From NCBI GenBank assembly GCA_020137815.1, contig CM035352.1:7440001-7504000 (forward strand): 64,000 nt of DNA, in the 5' to 3' direction. Shown here piece by piece: positions 62,232 through 64,000 of this stretch. This DNA is from Hormiphora californensis (taxonomy: Eukaryota > Animalia > Ctenophora). The notes below the pieces were generated by a model. It saw nothing but the letters and a program-made list of their open reading frames with translations, was not told the origin of the DNA and made no database searches. The position numbers and the translations under genes were made by a program. Position 1 is the stretch's first letter, and each line of letters starts with the position of its first letter.

Positions 62232-62984
62232 GTAAGTACTACCCTGACGACTGACTACGTATCAGTAAGTACCACCCATACTGGTTTGTTAGTTATTCAA
62301 CATGTATACTGGTAGCTGGTGGTGTCATGGGGTTCTCGTGTTCTTGTTGTCTGTACAAATGTTTGCAGGAACATTTGTGAATTGTGGGTGATTGTATGTC
62401 GTGACACACAGAGACTAAACAACAGACCAACAGACACTAACATTTCTCTAGCATACTGATATTTGCTGCTGTTTAGCTGTATTTCCTTTTTGCTGAGATA
62501 TGACAGAATGATATATAATGGCCGGGAGAAGGACTAGAGGGTTGGTCGAACAAGACGATGAACTTGATGCTAGGATCTTATCTTCAACAATTTCAATCTT
62601 CCTAAAGGTGAGTGTGTGTATGTGATCTAGATAGACGGCATGTTTAGTAGGTCATTGCTCTTGCTGATCAAGTGCGTGGGAGTCACACATCAATACCATG
62701 GAAAATGAGACACACAATCACATCACAGCTGTCTTGGTTTTCTGAAAACCCTGCTTTTTCTTATCTGAAATAGAGCTGGAGTTTCAAGTTGCAATTCCAA
62801 CACACAATACACAGCTGTGTGTTGTTGCTCAACAAGCTGTAGCTGTGTGTTGCTCAATGGACTTGGTAGTACACATGCAGCCTCCCAGGCCATTTTGACT
62901 TTAGCTAAATGTGATCTTTCTGTGAATTCAATAATCTGCTTTCAATTCCTTTGGTATACCAGGTTGTTGAGTGGGTGGTGTTCC

Positions 62985-63066
62985 TGGTACCATGGTAACC
63001 ATGGTAACCAATAACTATGGTAACCATGGTAACTATGGTAACCATGGTAACCAACATGGTACCAGG
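62985..63066. repeat. Palindromic (GGTAACCAT)n minisatellite
   Basis: Directly visible; same motif family at 14126-14182. Confidence 0.85.
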
Positions 63067-63113
63067 TACACCACCCAATACTAATACACCCCTCCTGATC
63101 CCCCTAGTTAGCC

Positions 63114-63555
63114 ATGTTGAGTGAGAGGATGAAGAGGAAGATGGAGGGTGAACCTAGTCTCCTGTTCAAAGGATTCATAGCCTCCAAGAATAATCCCTAC
63201 AACGCAGATACCAACCCAACCGGGATCATAAATCTTGGTAAATGATAGTGTCCTTGTTGTTTGAACTAATTGAGATACTCTCCCGATACTCTCCAACCTT
63301 GTTCGACCATCCCTCCCCGCGCCCCGTTTGAACAAAACAAATACTCTCCAAGTCCAATTATAAATCCCATATTGCCCCCCCCCCCCCATATAACTAGTGT
63401 CATGTAGAACCCTTCCTTCTTGCAGGAACTTCGGAGAACCTGATTTGCAGTGACCTAGTTATACCGAAGATGGAATCGCTAGCTAAGTTCTCTCCCCAGG
63501 ATATGACATACTTCCCAAGGGGAGGGGTTACCGGCTTTCGAGAGGAACTTGCCAG
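63114..63555 (+). CDS. ACCS: ACC synthase-like PLP aminotransferase (first two exons; probably continues beyond window)
   Basis: MLSER...NPYNADTNPTGIINLG|TSENLICSDL...GVTGFREELA matches the ACCS/ACS N-terminus. Confidence 0.8.
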
Positions 63556-64000
63556 GTAATGATATGTTCCCAGTCTGTCGGCTCTTACACACATGGCAAG
63601 TAATGACATCTTTATCTCTCTTCGCACGGGACTGGGCCGGTCAGACAGGGCCTTGGTACTTTACCCCTACCTTGCGTGACTTTCTATCGCGATGCCTTAG
63701 TTAGAGGTTTAGGGCCCCCTCCCTTAGGGGTCTCTTTCTCGAAATTTAACTGTTTTCGACGAGATTTTTCGCGGACTCCCTTGCCCTCCTCCCTTGGCCC
63801 TTGTGTGAACCAAGCAAGATGTGAGCATATCTATCATCAAGAATATCGGTATCACCAAGCATAATGCTTGTTAGCTTTTATTTGTCGACTTAGTTCAGCA
63901 ATCCATAAGTTAATCGTAGCATAATTGTTCGTCTGTCCTGTCCTATCTTTACCAAAAATACTCTGTTCAGTTTAGAACCACATTTGACCATGTCGAGTGA

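Noticed and set aside
63114-63555. Plant-type ethylene biosynthesis or horizontal transfer
   Set aside because: ACCS-like genes are widespread in animals, and this one has ordinary introns; only two exons are visible.

Overview
Eukaryotic (animal) genomic DNA with short GT-AG introns, microsatellites and many small transposons. A lineage-typical extracellular domain at ~61.5 kb and acceptor-like AGs just upstream of most start codons suggest a ctenophore (inference). Genes, left to right: (1) a minus-strand BRWD/PHIP-like WD40-bromodomain gene that runs off the left edge; (2) a complete plus-strand DD3-3-like secreted-protein gene lying inside a 12.7-kb intron (251-12986) of that gene; (3) a tight minus-strand run EMC4 > SEC62 > SLC7A6OS/IWR1 > BRWD; (4) an inverted second DD3-3-like copy, whose duplicated unit is nearly the whole BRWD intron plus the end of the upstream exon; (5) CFAP119/CCDC189, a KLHDC1/2-like kelch gene, a SCAF4/8-like CID-RRM gene, a secreted sushi-domain gene and the start of an ACCS-like aminotransferase. 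Most notable: the two DD3-3 paralogs differ in concentrated amino-acid patches; tandem arrays are built from splice junctions; the SCAF4/8-like gene has two phase-compatible candidate last exons; and a 1.6-kb near-perfect hairpin transposon sits in the kelch gene. Several 1-bp indels and noisy duplicated tracts point to residual long-read consensus errors. All coordinates and alignments were read by eye.
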